From contig JBHLOC010000018.1 of NCBI GenBank assembly GCA_048940925.1, forward strand, positions 22,501 to 86,500: DNA of 64,000 bases. Direction: 5' to 3'. The notes below the pieces were generated by a model. That model was not told where the DNA came from and ran no database searches. It was given only the letters and a program-made list of their open reading frames with translations. Origin of the DNA: Promethearchaeota archaeon. GTDB lineage: Archaea > Asgardarchaeota > Lokiarchaeia > Sigyniarchaeales > SOKP01. The translations under genes were made by a program, and so were the position numbers. Position 1 is the stretch's first letter. Every line of letters begins with the position of its first letter. Of this stretch, positions 39,650 through 50,335 are shown piece by piece.

Positions 39650-39792
39650 AAGAGAAATCTTTTTTAAAAAAATTATTTTAATAACTAATAAAAATTCATC
39701 AGATAAACATTATTAGGAAGAAATTATAAAAATTGTTGGAAATTTACTTTTACCTCCTATTCACTGAAAAAAATGAAAAAGGTGTAGTTTAA

Positions 39793-41631
39793 ATGATAAA
39801 AGGATTTAGAGGAAGTTTGTTATCAATAGATTTAACAAAATCTAAAGTAAGTAAAATACCATTAGACAATGAAATTGCTAAAACTTATCTTGGAGGTGCA
39901 GGTTATGCTTGTCGTTATTTATATGATAAATTGGATAAAAATACAGATCCTCTTTCTCCTGAAAATATCTTAATAATAATGAATGGCCCCTTAAATGGTA
40001 CTTTTGCACCTAATACAGGAAGATGGGTTGTATGTTCAAAATCTCCTTATACGGACATATGGGGGGAATCTAATTGTGGTAGTTGGTTTGGAGCAGAAAT
40101 AAAAAAAGCAGGATATGATGGGATAATAATTTCTGGAGCTTCAGACGTTCCAGTTTATATAGAAATTAATGATGAGGAAGTAAATATAAAAGATGCAGGT
40201 TTCTTATGGGGAAAAGGTACTTATTTTACTACCAAGAAACTCAAAGAAGTTTTTGGGAACCCTAAAGCTAAAGTTGCTTGTATAGGTCAGGCTGGCGAAA
40301 ATCTTGTTAAATATGCTAATATAATCTCTGAAGAAAGAGCGGCAGGAAGAACGGGTATGGGAGCTATTTTAGGAGCGAAAAATTTAAAAGGAATTATTGT
40401 TAAAGGTAGTAAAACTCACTTAGACGTAGCCAATGAAGAAAATCTAAAAGTAGCAATTAAAAATGCAAGAGATTATGTACGATCCGCTATTACTACTGAA
40501 GCTCTACGTTTATTTGGCACATCAGCTTTATTAGATACATATAATATTACAGGAGAATTAGACATTAAATATTTTAATCAATCACCATGGAAAAACGCTT
40601 ATAAGATTTCTGGTATCACTATGGCACAAGATCTACTGGTTAAAAATAGATATTGTCATTCATGTGTGATAGGATGTGGTCGTAGAGTCGCTATTAAAGA
40701 AGGTGTATATAAAACAGAAGAAATAGAAGGGCCTGAATATGAAACGATTGTAAGTTATGGGAGTTTATTTTTAAATGATAATCTAGAATCAATTGTATAT
40801 ATGAATAAAAAATGTTTTGACTATGGAATAGATACTATAAGTTCTGGAGGAGTAATTTGCTGTTTAACCCATCATTTTCTTTTAAATAATATTTCTTCCA
40901 AAGAAATTGATGGAATAAAACCTGAATGGGGTAATATTAATATTGCTGAAAAACTTTTAGAAAAAGTTGTTTATCGAGAGGGGATAGGTAATGTCTTAGC
41001 AGAAGGATCTAACGCTCTTGCCAGAAAATTTAATTTTTCTCAAGATGAGATTGCTACAGTAAATGGATTAGAAGTTACTTACCATGATATACGATCTAAT
41101 TATGGGATGGCAATTGCTTATGGTCTTGGAGGGGCACATAAAGGACCTTCACATAATCTCTGTGATATGTATTATGTGTTAATGGGGATACCATTCGAAG
41201 AGATAAATGCTCCAACACTGACACTTGATAATTTTTCAGACGATGAAGATATGGCAAAAACTTGTTCAAAAATTATGGATTATCGGGCGCTATATAGTTC
41301 TATTATAATGTGTTCTTTTTGTAATCCGTTACCCTCTCAAGTTGCAGCTTTAATAGAACATACTACTGGTTTGAAATTTGGTTTAGATGAAATTAAATTA
41401 TATGGAGAAAGGATTTTGAATCTTAAAAGAATGTTTAATATTAAAATGGGTTTGACTCCTGCCGATGACAGATTACCACAAATTCTTTTAAGACCTTTTT
41501 CAAATGGTGGATCTGCTGGAAAGTCGCCGAATTTTGAAAAGTTAAAGAAATTATTTTATCAATATCGTGAGTGGGACCTAGTAACTGGAAAACCAAGTGA
41601 AAAAAAGTTAAAAACATTGAATATAAAATAA
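39793..41631 (+). CDS. aor: aldehyde:ferredoxin oxidoreductase family protein
   Basis: KSPYT, AAGRTGMGA, KNLK, CHSCVIGC, GPEYET, GIDTIS. Confidence 0.93.
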   Translation: MIKGFRGSLLSIDLTKSKVSKIPLDNEIAKTYLGGAGYACRYLYDKLDKNTDPLSPENILIIMNGPLNGTFAPNTGRWVVCSKSPYTDIWGESNCGSWFGAEIKKAGYDGIIISGASDVPVYIEINDEEVNIKDAGFLWGKGTYFTTKKLKEVFGNPKAKVACIGQAGENLVKYANIISEERAAGRTGMGAILGAKNLKGIIVKGSKTHLDVANEENLKVAIKNARDYVRSAITTEALRLFGTSALLDTYNITGELDIKYFNQSPWKNAYKISGITMAQDLLVKNRYCHSCVIGCGRRVAIKEGVYKTEEIEGPEYETIVSYGSLFLNDNLESIVYMNKKCFDYGIDTISSGGVICCLTHHFLLNNISSKEIDGIKPEWGNINIAEKLLEKVVYREGIGNVLAEGSNALARKFNFSQDEIATVNGLEVTYHDIRSNYGMAIAYGLGGAHKGPSHNLCDMYYVLMGIPFEEINAPTLTLDNFSDDEDMAKTCSKIMDYRALYSSIIMCSFCNPLPSQVAALIEHTTGLKFGLDEIKLYGERILNLKRMFNIKMGLTPADDRLPQILLRPFSNGGSAGKSPNFEKLKKLFYQYREWDLVTGKPSEKKLKTLNIK

Positions 41632-41653
41632 GATCCTCATGGAATTACTGTAT

Positions 41654-42184
41654 TTATTCTCTTTTTTTACTTTTTAAGATTAATTTTGTTAATAAATTGA
41701 ATATTTTGTGGACATTTTCTCCAGTTTTAGAGCTACATTCTATAAAACCATCAGCATCTTTGAGGTTTGCTATCTCCATTGCCTTTCTAGTTGAGATCTC
41801 TTTAAGATGCATTAAATCAGTTTTTCCACCAACAAAGATGATAGGTATATCATATTCAATTTCTTTTTTAACAATCTCAAACCAATCATCTACATGAGCT
41901 AATGATCCATAATTAGTAATATCATACATAAAAATAGCTCCACTTGCGCCTCGGATGTAAGAAGGAAAAAGAAATCTGAATCTTTCCTCTCCAGCAAAAT
42001 CCCAAATTTGAAGTTTTACCATTTCATCATCTACTTCAATTGCTTTCAATAAAAAGTCTACACCTAATGTCATTTGAATGTTTTCCTTAAATAGATTCGT
42101 TAAGAATCTGTGAGCTAAAGTAGTCTTTCCGGTTTTACTATCTCCAAATAGTACTATTTTGAAAGTTGAAGTATAAGATGCCAA
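41654..42184 (-). CDS. Rab-like small GTPase
   Basis: GDSKTGKT, TLGVDF, WDFAGEERF, GKTD, CSSK. Confidence 0.92.
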   Translation of the reverse strand: MASYTSTFKIVLFGDSKTGKTTLAHRFLTNLFKENIQMTLGVDFLLKAIEVDDEMVKLQIWDFAGEERFRFLFPSYIRGASGAIFMYDITNYGSLAHVDDWFEIVKKEIEYDIPIIFVGGKTDLMHLKEISTRKAMEIANLKDADGFIECSSKTGENVHKIFNLLTKLILKSKKRE

Positions 42185-42296
42185 CCCACTAGACCCAAAC
42201 TAATTATTTAACCTAACTTTATAGGTATCTAGTTGATAACATGATTAATATAGGTTTGTCATTTAAAAATTTATTTTTGAGTTGTGAAAAATCCGA

Positions 42297-44624
42297 TTAA
42301 TTTTTGAGCAATTCTTTTTTATTATTTTCTATTAGTATATTTAAAAGCTTACGAGCTCCCTCTTTTGATAAATGCTGATTTTGATTTCCACACTTTGGAG
42401 AGTATATACAACCTCCACAACCTTCAGAACAGTTACAGGAATTTAATAGTTCATACGTCAAAAAAAATAACTTTTCTAATTTTTGATATAATAATTCTGA
42501 AATTCCTATACCTCCTCTATATGCATCATAAATATAGATTATTGGTTGTTGTTTCACGGGGTCAAAATCTATTGAAACACCGCCCAAATCCCATCGGGAA
42601 ATTTGAGCTAATGTTGGCGCTATTGCTATCATAGCATGTTCAATAGCATGGATACAATCACCTATTAAATACCCTTTTGCCTCAATTTCTTTTTGATAAT
42701 CAAAAGGTATTAGGAACCAAAGTGCCTGACTCTCAAATTCAATAAGAGGGATATCTTCTAATGGGTGTCGTGACCGAATTTCTTGAGTTACGGTATCAAT
42801 AACTTTATAGGAGTAATATTGATGTTCTACTTTTACATTGCCGAAAAAGGCTTCAATTTCGTTATTTGGGCCGATTTTACTTTCAGATATTATTTCGAGG
42901 GGAGTAATATCTGTATGTTTTAAAGATTGAGTATAATAATCAACATTTGCTTTTTTCAAATATATTAGCCTCTTAATTAAATCGAGTTCTTCCACTATAT
43001 ACATCTCTGCTTCGTATAAATAAACAGCTCCCTCATGTAGATCGCGAAAAACATAACTTTCATCCTCAACAGTTAAGAGTTCTTCACTTGAATCAGTTCT
43101 AAGTAAAATTTTATAACTCTTAGTCGAGAGATCATTTAGTCCAAATCTCTCATTGGGAAAGAAATCACTATTCCAATAATACTTATCACCTCTATGCATA
43201 ATAAAAGATTCTGAAACCAATTCTTCCAAACATTCTATAAATAAATCTTTATTATTAATACCAAATTTCTCAAAATCACCGATTTTAATGGGAATTTCTT
43301 TAGATCCACAACATAAGTGATTTTTTATAAGATATTTATTGTTTAATGTAATAAGAATATCTTCTTTAATAGGTCCAAATAACTGATCAGGATTATGAAT
43401 ATAAAATAAATCTAATGGATTAGTCATAGGAATGAGTGTTGATATAGAGAGATCAGTTCCTCTTCCAGAACGTCCAATTTGTTGTTTAAAACTTGAAATA
43501 GTTCCTGGAAAACCCGAAGTAATTGTAGCGTTTAAATCGCCTATATCAATTCCTAATTCAAGAGCATTAGTAGAACTTATACCTAAAATCTTTTTATTTT
43601 TAAAATTTTGCTCTATTTCCCTTCTTTTTGTCTTACTTATTCCTGCTCGATAACTATATATTTTATCTTTTAACCTAGGAATAGCATTTCGAGTCCAAAT
43701 TGCCTGTAATTCAGCCATTTTTCTTGAAAGTGTAAAAGTCAGCGTTTGAATTCCATTCTTAAATTTTAAATGACTTACAAATAAATTCTTAGTTTCTTGA
43801 TGAGCTGATCGATATTTATTAGAAACTTCATCATATGGTAAATCCCATAGTATCACTTTTTTAGTACCTGAAGGAGAATCATCTTTCTCAATAATAACAA
43901 ATTCTTCACCAACTAATTTCTCAGAAAATTCTTTTGGATTATGAATTGTAGCACTTGATAAGATCCATTGTGGGTTAATATTATAAGTCTCAAGCATTCG
44001 TTTTAATCTTCTAAGTAATAATGCAAAATTTGAGCCAAAAATCCCCCGATATATATGAATTTCATCCAATACAATATATTTAAGATTTTGACATATTCTC
44101 CTCCACTTTTGTTTAAACCAAGGTAAATAAAAATGAAGTCCATAAGGATTAGTAATGATAATATTAGCGTTAGATAACACAAGTCTTTTTTGGTTAGCCT
44201 CTACATCTCCATCGTAAACACCAACTCTATTTTGTTTAATATTTGTCTCTGATAATAGTTTTGATAAAATTGCATGTTGATCTCTAGCTAATGCTTTAGT
44301 TGGGAAGATATAAATTGCTGTTGTTTTAGGGTCTTTAAAAATTGATTGTAATACAGGGATATTGTAACAAAGAGATTTTCCAGATGCGGTAGAAGTAACT
44401 ATAACTGTATTTTTACCATTGCCAATCATATTTATTGCTTCTGCTTGGTGTCTCCATAATTTAATATTATTTTCATCAAGCCAGCGTTGGAGTCGTTTTC
44501 TAAGAGGTTCTTTCAGATCACCATATTGAGCTTTCTTTTCAGGAATATGTTCTATATGACATATTTGATTATGATAATAATCTTGAGATTTTATGAACTC
44601 TAAAAATTCCTCGAAATCAACCAT
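42297..44624 (-). CDS. DEAH-box helicase with C-terminal DUF1998/MZB domain (MrfA/Hrq1 family)
   Basis: TASGKS, DEIH, SAT, ALELGIDIG, QQIGRSGR, C-terminal CNC...GCGGC...KCGN. Confidence 0.92.
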   Translation of the reverse strand: MVDFEEFLEFIKSQDYYHNQICHIEHIPEKKAQYGDLKEPLRKRLQRWLDENNIKLWRHQAEAINMIGNGKNTVIVTSTASGKSLCYNIPVLQSIFKDPKTTAIYIFPTKALARDQHAILSKLLSETNIKQNRVGVYDGDVEANQKRLVLSNANIIITNPYGLHFYLPWFKQKWRRICQNLKYIVLDEIHIYRGIFGSNFALLLRRLKRMLETYNINPQWILSSATIHNPKEFSEKLVGEEFVIIEKDDSPSGTKKVILWDLPYDEVSNKYRSAHQETKNLFVSHLKFKNGIQTLTFTLSRKMAELQAIWTRNAIPRLKDKIYSYRAGISKTKRREIEQNFKNKKILGISSTNALELGIDIGDLNATITSGFPGTISSFKQQIGRSGRGTDLSISTLIPMTNPLDLFYIHNPDQLFGPIKEDILITLNNKYLIKNHLCCGSKEIPIKIGDFEKFGINNKDLFIECLEELVSESFIMHRGDKYYWNSDFFPNERFGLNDLSTKSYKILLRTDSSEELLTVEDESYVFRDLHEGAVYLYEAEMYIVEELDLIKRLIYLKKANVDYYTQSLKHTDITPLEIISESKIGPNNEIEAFFGNVKVEHQYYSYKVIDTVTQEIRSRHPLEDIPLIEFESQALWFLIPFDYQKEIEAKGYLIGDCIHAIEHAMIAIAPTLAQISRWDLGGVSIDFDPVKQQPIIYIYDAYRGGIGISELLYQKLEKLFFLTYELLNSCNCSEGCGGCIYSPKCGNQNQHLSKEGARKLLNILIENNKKELLKN

Positions 44625-44862
44625 AAATAGTCTAACTATCTATAATGTTCAATATCAATTAAAAATTATAAAGAGAATAGGATTAATTATTTTCCAAAAA
44701 AGTTTCTTAATTTACCATAATTGAAAAAATAATTCAGGTTCTTTTTGATATAGCTTTTGGAAATAGAATATATTGCTATTTATCTACTACAATTTTAAAA
44801 ATACTAACATTTTAATGAAATCGTATCAAATTTATATAAACAACTATCTATTTTTGTATAAA

Positions 44863-45861
44863 ATGACTGACATTGACTGGGAAAAAATCGAATTTTTACA
44901 ATTTTTAAATGAATATGATAAAGATATTATTATTCAAAATGCTCCAGAATTATTATATTCAAAAAAAGATAAAGAACATGAAGCATTCAATTCTTTAATT
45001 GCATTTTTTTTCCTTTCTGGGGCATTACTGATTTATATTGCTCTTAGTTATTTTCTAGCATCTGTCTATTTCAATTTAATTTTATTAATTGTTGTAATAA
45101 TTATAGCAGGGATTATTGACGTTTTATTATTTATTAATTATATTAAATCTAATGTATATATTAAACCATTAGAATGTTGGGTCGAAATTTTCAAAGGTAA
45201 AGAACAAGATGATTTTAATTTTTATTGTTTTGTTTATTATCCCGTGTTTTCTGGAAAATGTCATCCCAATGAAGCTAAGAATGCTATTTTGAAACTCTAT
45301 CAAGAACAAATCTTAAGGAGTAAAATTGATATTACTCAAATTGAAGTTTATTTAAAGATAAGTAAACAAAGTCATAAAAAAATTGGTTATTTTTTTCAAT
45401 ATGCTGAAGGGAAATCTTTTATTTATGAGGAAGTAAATCGCAATTCTTGGAAATTTTTTTCATCTGATATATCAGGAGATGATAATTTTATTGCAATAGC
45501 AAATTGGTATCACCAGTTTGAATGGCGTAATGATCTTGAATTCGATTTTGACAAATTACATGAATATGCTCCTTGGGTTATTCAAAGATGGGATGCTGAC
45601 AATTTAAAACCCTTAAATGATGATTTTAAAAAAAAAATTAATTGGGATTTGAGAGATATTAACTCAAGCCCAAAATTAAAACCATGGTTAGATAATTTTG
45701 AAGATCAAGCTTATGAAAATCCAAAGCCTGATAGAGAAATGAGAATAATTAATGAAGCTATTGATAAAATTATAGGATATGAAAAAGAAATAAAAAAAGC
45801 AAGAGATATAAAAGAAGAACTTCCGATGTTTAAATCATATTTTAGGGATTTAAATTTCTAA
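44863..45861 (+). CDS. hypothetical membrane protein (start reassigned to ATG 44863)
   Basis: Two TM helices and a Trp-rich soluble region; TATA box TTTATATAAA at 44831-44840 fits a leaderless start. Confidence 0.7.
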   Translation: MTDIDWEKIEFLQFLNEYDKDIIIQNAPELLYSKKDKEHEAFNSLIAFFFLSGALLIYIALSYFLASVYFNLILLIVVIIIAGIIDVLLFINYIKSNVYIKPLECWVEIFKGKEQDDFNFYCFVYYPVFSGKCHPNEAKNAILKLYQEQILRSKIDITQIEVYLKISKQSHKKIGYFFQYAEGKSFIYEEVNRNSWKFFSSDISGDDNFIAIANWYHQFEWRNDLEFDFDKLHEYAPWVIQRWDADNLKPLNDDFKKKINWDLRDINSSPKLKPWLDNFEDQAYENPKPDREMRIINEAIDKIIGYEKEIKKARDIKEELPMFKSYFRDLNF

Positions 45862-47404
45862 ACATCTCTTTATTCCTTTTATAAATCTTCAAATACTCAC
45901 TAAATAACTTCTCATAAATTCTTTTGTTTTTAGAATTAGGAGCATATTTATTCTTAATTTTAATCAAGGGAATCGCATCTGAAAAATTGTTTAGCATCCC
46001 TAAACCAACCATAGAGATAATTGCAGAACCTTTAGCAGCAGATAGATCGGGATCTTCCATTTGTATAATATCTCGTCCTAAAATGTCTGCTAAAATTTGA
46101 CACCACAAATCCGACTTAGCACCACCTCCGATAAAATTGATTTCTTTAGTTTTTCCAACTAGTTTTTCTATATAAATCAATGCCCATTTGATATTATATG
46201 CAACACCCTCATATACTGCCCTTAATAGGTCTTCTCTTTTATGATTTAGTCCTAAATTGTAAAATCCACCTCGAACATTAGGATTATTTAAAGGACTTCG
46301 TTCTCCAAACATCCACGGTGTAAATATTAGATTCTTAGCTCCAATTTCTGTTTTTGCAACAATAGAATCCAAATATGCATAAAAGTCATTTTTATTTTCT
46401 TTAAATTTTTCTATATCTGCATTAAACGTTTGATTTATAATCCAATCGAGACAAGCTCCTCCTGTTTCTTGTTTTGAAATACATAAGTAATTATCTTGCG
46501 AAGAGCATATACTACCTGTATAGTGGAGAAGATCTTTCAATCGTTCTGAGGTGTGAGCTGCAACCCAGTCAGCAGTTCCTAAACATATAATTGGTCGATT
46601 ATTCAAAATTGCTCCTGAACCTATTGCAGCAGAAGTTAAATCACCAGAGCCAACTAAAACAGGAATTCCTGGTTTTAACCCTAACTCTTCTGAAGCATTG
46701 GGTGTCAGTTCTCCCGCAATTTCTACAGCTTTTTTTATCTGAGGTAATTTTTCTTTATCTATTTTAAACTTAGTTAATATCTTTTCTGACCATATAAATT
46801 TATCAATATTACTATCCATCATCCAAGAGGTATTACCTAAGTCTCTTGAAGTAACAACATTATTAGTACATCGATAGATAATAAAATCCTTAACACTTAG
46901 AAATTTAAAGGTTTTTTCATATAATTCTGGATAATTTTCTTTTATCCATAAAATATGAGATATGGGATCTTTTCCGTTATGTCCAGGAGCACCACCTGTG
47001 ATTTTAAGAAACATGAGTAATTTCCTTAATCCAAAACCTGAAATTTTTATAATGCCCTTTGAAAATTTTCGTGTTGTAATAGCGGCACGTGTATCTAACC
47101 AACTAATACAGCTCATTAAGGGGTAACCATTTTTGTCTATAGGTACAGTACAATTCATTTGACAATCGAATATTAAAGCTATTATTTGCTCTGAGTTTAT
47201 ATTACTCTTTTGAATTAAATTTTGAGTTGCTCTTTTTACCGCTTTCCAAAAATCTTCTGTATTTTGTTCTGCCCATCCCGGTTTAGGATATTCTAATGGA
47301 TAATCTTCTTTAATTTGAGCTACTAAATTTAGTTTCAAATCAAATAATGCCCCTTTATTTCCAGATGTTCCTAAATCATGAGTTAATATATATTTTTGTT
47401 CCAA
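45842..47404 (-). CDS. FGGY carbohydrate kinase (xylulokinase-like)
   Basis: HDLGTS, GWAEQ, WLDTRA, GSGD, GERSP, GGGAKS. Confidence 0.92.
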   Translation of the reverse strand: MEQKYILTHDLGTSGNKGALFDLKLNLVAQIKEDYPLEYPKPGWAEQNTEDFWKAVKRATQNLIQKSNINSEQIIALIFDCQMNCTVPIDKNGYPLMSCISWLDTRAAITTRKFSKGIIKISGFGLRKLLMFLKITGGAPGHNGKDPISHILWIKENYPELYEKTFKFLSVKDFIIYRCTNNVVTSRDLGNTSWMMDSNIDKFIWSEKILTKFKIDKEKLPQIKKAVEIAGELTPNASEELGLKPGIPVLVGSGDLTSAAIGSGAILNNRPIICLGTADWVAAHTSERLKDLLHYTGSICSSQDNYLCISKQETGGACLDWIINQTFNADIEKFKENKNDFYAYLDSIVAKTEIGAKNLIFTPWMFGERSPLNNPNVRGGFYNLGLNHKREDLLRAVYEGVAYNIKWALIYIEKLVGKTKEINFIGGGAKSDLWCQILADILGRDIIQMEDPDLSAAKGSAIISMVGLGMLNNFSDAIPLIKIKNKYAPNSKNKRIYEKLFSEYLKIYKRNKEMFRNLNP

Positions 47405-47630
47405 ATTTATCCCCTTATTTTTTGAATATTAATAATATGTATTGAATTTGAATTATTAATAATTTCTAAATTTTTGCCAGTTTTTTGAAAGGAGGTCTTT
47501 TTCTTCTATTCTTAATAATATAAATAGCGGGTAACTATATTATTTATAATTTCATAATAAAAACTTATAGCAAGTTATATAAAAAGATAAAAAAGAATCA
47601 AAATAATAGGAAGAAAAAAAGGTAAATACT

Positions 47631-49055
47631 ATGGAATACATAAGCGATATTTCGAGTCTTGAAATTCCAACAAACAAAATTTCTTATAATAAAAAATCTC
47701 ATGTGTTATCAGTAGAAATTTTGGAATTCATGTTTGTAGGGATTTATAAAAAATCTACAAGGATTAGTAAAATTTTAGATGATATCTACGCCTCTTTAGG
47801 TGAAATTCATATTAACCGCAACGATATAAGTTTTGTCGATTATTATACTAATATCAAAATCTCTGAAACTGATAAACTAAAACATTTAAAATTAGTAGAA
47901 AAAGAGAAAATAGAAAAAGAAGACAAAAAATTAGTTGATAAACGTAAGTTTGAGGAAGAAGAAATAGAAGATTTATTTGAAGTTGAAGAAGAACTCATTG
48001 ATGAAGATAGAGCAAGGATGACTTCTGCAGTCGACGATGCTGAATTTACGGCAATAAAATATGAAGAGGAAAAAGTAGTGAAAAGAGATGAGATGGAAAA
48101 GAAAGAAATAGTAAGAGAAAAGGAAGTTACAAAAGCTAAAAAAAAAAGAGCTGAGATACCTCCCCCAGCACCTCCCGCAGGTGGTGCAGCTCCAGCAAGA
48201 AAGGCACCCTTTCCACCTAGTGAAGCTCCAAAAGCTGAACCCACAACTACAGAGGCTCCTCCTCCACCTCCTTCTGATATATTAGCAGGACCAAAAGCTC
48301 CTGCTGCTTCAGAACCTGTATCATCAATAATTGCTCCAGAAGAAGAACCTCAACTAAGTGTTTATGAGATTAATATGGGACTTCAATATTATTCTGTAAT
48401 GATGGAACAAAGGAGCTATTTGTTTTACGTTTATTTTTCACATAAAGAGTTGAAAATTGTCGATGAAGAAGGGAAAACCATTTATGAGACAACAATTAAA
48501 ATAGTAACCAAAAAAGCAGAGCCTCCAGTTTTAGATTTAAAAATCGAAGGGGAAGGTTTTGAGGTGCATCCGATATTTGGGAAAGTAGAAGTGAAGAAAG
48601 ATGCAGTGAATCCGCCTGTTATGATTTTTTCAATTATGCCACTAAAGTCGAAGAAAGAGAAAAAGAAAAAAAAAGAAAGCGAAAGGAGATTTTTAAATGT
48701 ATATATCGAATTTGAAGAAAAAATCATCAGTCATACAATCCTATCTATAATTGTGCAACCAAAGTATTTCCGACTTGAACTTGGACCAATACATTTAAAT
48801 CTCAGTAAAAGAACAGCAACAATAATTTCTTTTATATCAATATTAATTGCAGGAGTTTCCTTGGTATATACATCATTATCTATTGACCCCTCTTCAACAT
48901 TCATGGATCTATTAAGTGGATTCGCACCTGGTTTAGGTTCAATAACATTTATTGCTATTTTCTTAGTAACTTTATTCAAGGAAGGAATTTATCCACTTAA
49001 AGAGAAAATTAGTGCTTTTCTAAATTTTGATCAAGCAGGAGTTCTAATAAAATAA
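47631..49055 (+). CDS. hypothetical membrane protein with acidic and Pro/Ala-rich linker
   Basis: Charged region, polyproline tracts, beta-rich domain, two C-terminal TM helices. Confidence 0.8.
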   Translation: MEYISDISSLEIPTNKISYNKKSHVLSVEILEFMFVGIYKKSTRISKILDDIYASLGEIHINRNDISFVDYYTNIKISETDKLKHLKLVEKEKIEKEDKKLVDKRKFEEEEIEDLFEVEEELIDEDRARMTSAVDDAEFTAIKYEEEKVVKRDEMEKKEIVREKEVTKAKKKRAEIPPPAPPAGGAAPARKAPFPPSEAPKAEPTTTEAPPPPPSDILAGPKAPAASEPVSSIIAPEEEPQLSVYEINMGLQYYSVMMEQRSYLFYVYFSHKELKIVDEEGKTIYETTIKIVTKKAEPPVLDLKIEGEGFEVHPIFGKVEVKKDAVNPPVMIFSIMPLKSKKEKKKKKESERRFLNVYIEFEEKIISHTILSIIVQPKYFRLELGPIHLNLSKRTATIISFISILIAGVSLVYTSLSIDPSSTFMDLLSGFAPGLGSITFIAIFLVTLFKEGIYPLKEKISAFLNFDQAGVLIK

Positions 49056-49504
49056 CTTTTCTATAATTTTCTTTTAACTTTTTTATTTTTTACACATTTT
49101 TATCTTTTACACCTAGATTTTATTTCATATTAAATATCCAATGATTCAGTTGAGTTTTTACAGTTACAGCTCCTTCCCTCAAAGAACAGTATTTATAAAA
49201 AAAATTTATTAAAATAACCTTTTATTTAATTAATTAGTTATTTATCTTTTTAATAAAAAGCTAAACCTTTTATAACGTTTAATAATATAATATTTCGATA
49301 AAAAAGAGATTTAGAACTAAAAGAAATTCAAAAAATATTTCTCGAGATATTTTGAAATGAAAAAATTGAATTTTTGCGAATATTTTCAACTAATTATGAC
49401 AAAAAAGATATTGCAAAGCAAATAAATTTCTGATACTTTGGTTATATAAACCATTTCCCTTTAAAGATATTTAAAAATATGAATGAAAAAGGTGGATCAT
49501 AATA

Positions 49505-50335
49505 ATTGATAGGAATAAAATAGAAGGTCTAATTCTAGCAGCAGGTAATTCTAGTAGGTTTAATTTTAAAGATAATAGATTTAAAAAGTATTTTTTGAGG
49601 TTGAACAATTCTAATATTTTAGGGTATATTATTGCTGGAATGATTGAAGCAGGAATCAGAAAAATAAAGATTGTTGCTAGTAAAATTTCTAATAAATTAA
49701 GATACAAAAAAAGAATTTTAAAATCTATAGTTCCACCATTAATAAATTTACGTAATATTAAATTAGATGTCATTGAAAATAAAATTCTAGAGAGGGAAAA
49801 TGGATATAGCATGATTTTAGGGCTCAATACAATTTCTTCTAAATATATTTTATTATCAATGGCAGATCATATATTTTCAAAAAACGTATTTTCTCAAATG
49901 GTAAAGAACTATAAAGGAAATGATATCCTTTTAGCTACGGATCCAATGCATCGCAAGGGATATTACGACATAGAGGATGCAACTAAAGTATATGGGAGAA
50001 ATTCCTTTATCATCGATATAGGAAAGGAGTTATCTTATTATAATCGTTTAGATATGGGTGTATTTATATTAAAATCGAAAAGTATTAAAAAAATCTGCGA
50101 GAGAGTCACATCAAACTTATATAAATTTGGCGTGACAAATGTTATTCTATCAGGTCTTAATTCTGATTTAAATGTTGGATATTATGATTTTCCAAATACC
50201 ATATGGTTAGACATTGATGATTATGAAATATACCTCAAATTAAAAAGACTTTTTAATAATGAATCTAACTTTTATCCTTTTGGTTTAATCCCCCCTAAGT
50301 ACATTGCTTATTCGAATAAAGAAAAAAAAAACTAA
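49505..50335 (+). CDS. NTP transferase, CTP:inositol-1-phosphate cytidylyltransferase-like (extended to an ATT/ATA start near 49502-49505)
   Basis: GLILAAGNSSRF lies in frame upstream of the called TTG (49595); ENGYS, MADHIF, ATKV, WLDID. Confidence 0.8.
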   Translation: MDRNKIEGLILAAGNSSRFNFKDNRFKKYFLRLNNSNILGYIIAGMIEAGIRKIKIVASKISNKLRYKKRILKSIVPPLINLRNIKLDVIENKILERENGYSMILGLNTISSKYILLSMADHIFSKNVFSQMVKNYKGNDILLATDPMHRKGYYDIEDATKVYGRNSFIIDIGKELSYYNRLDMGVFILKSKSIKKICERVTSNLYKFGVTNVILSGLNSDLNVGYYDFPNTIWLDIDDYEIYLKLKRLFNNESNFYPFGLIPPKYIAYSNKEKKN

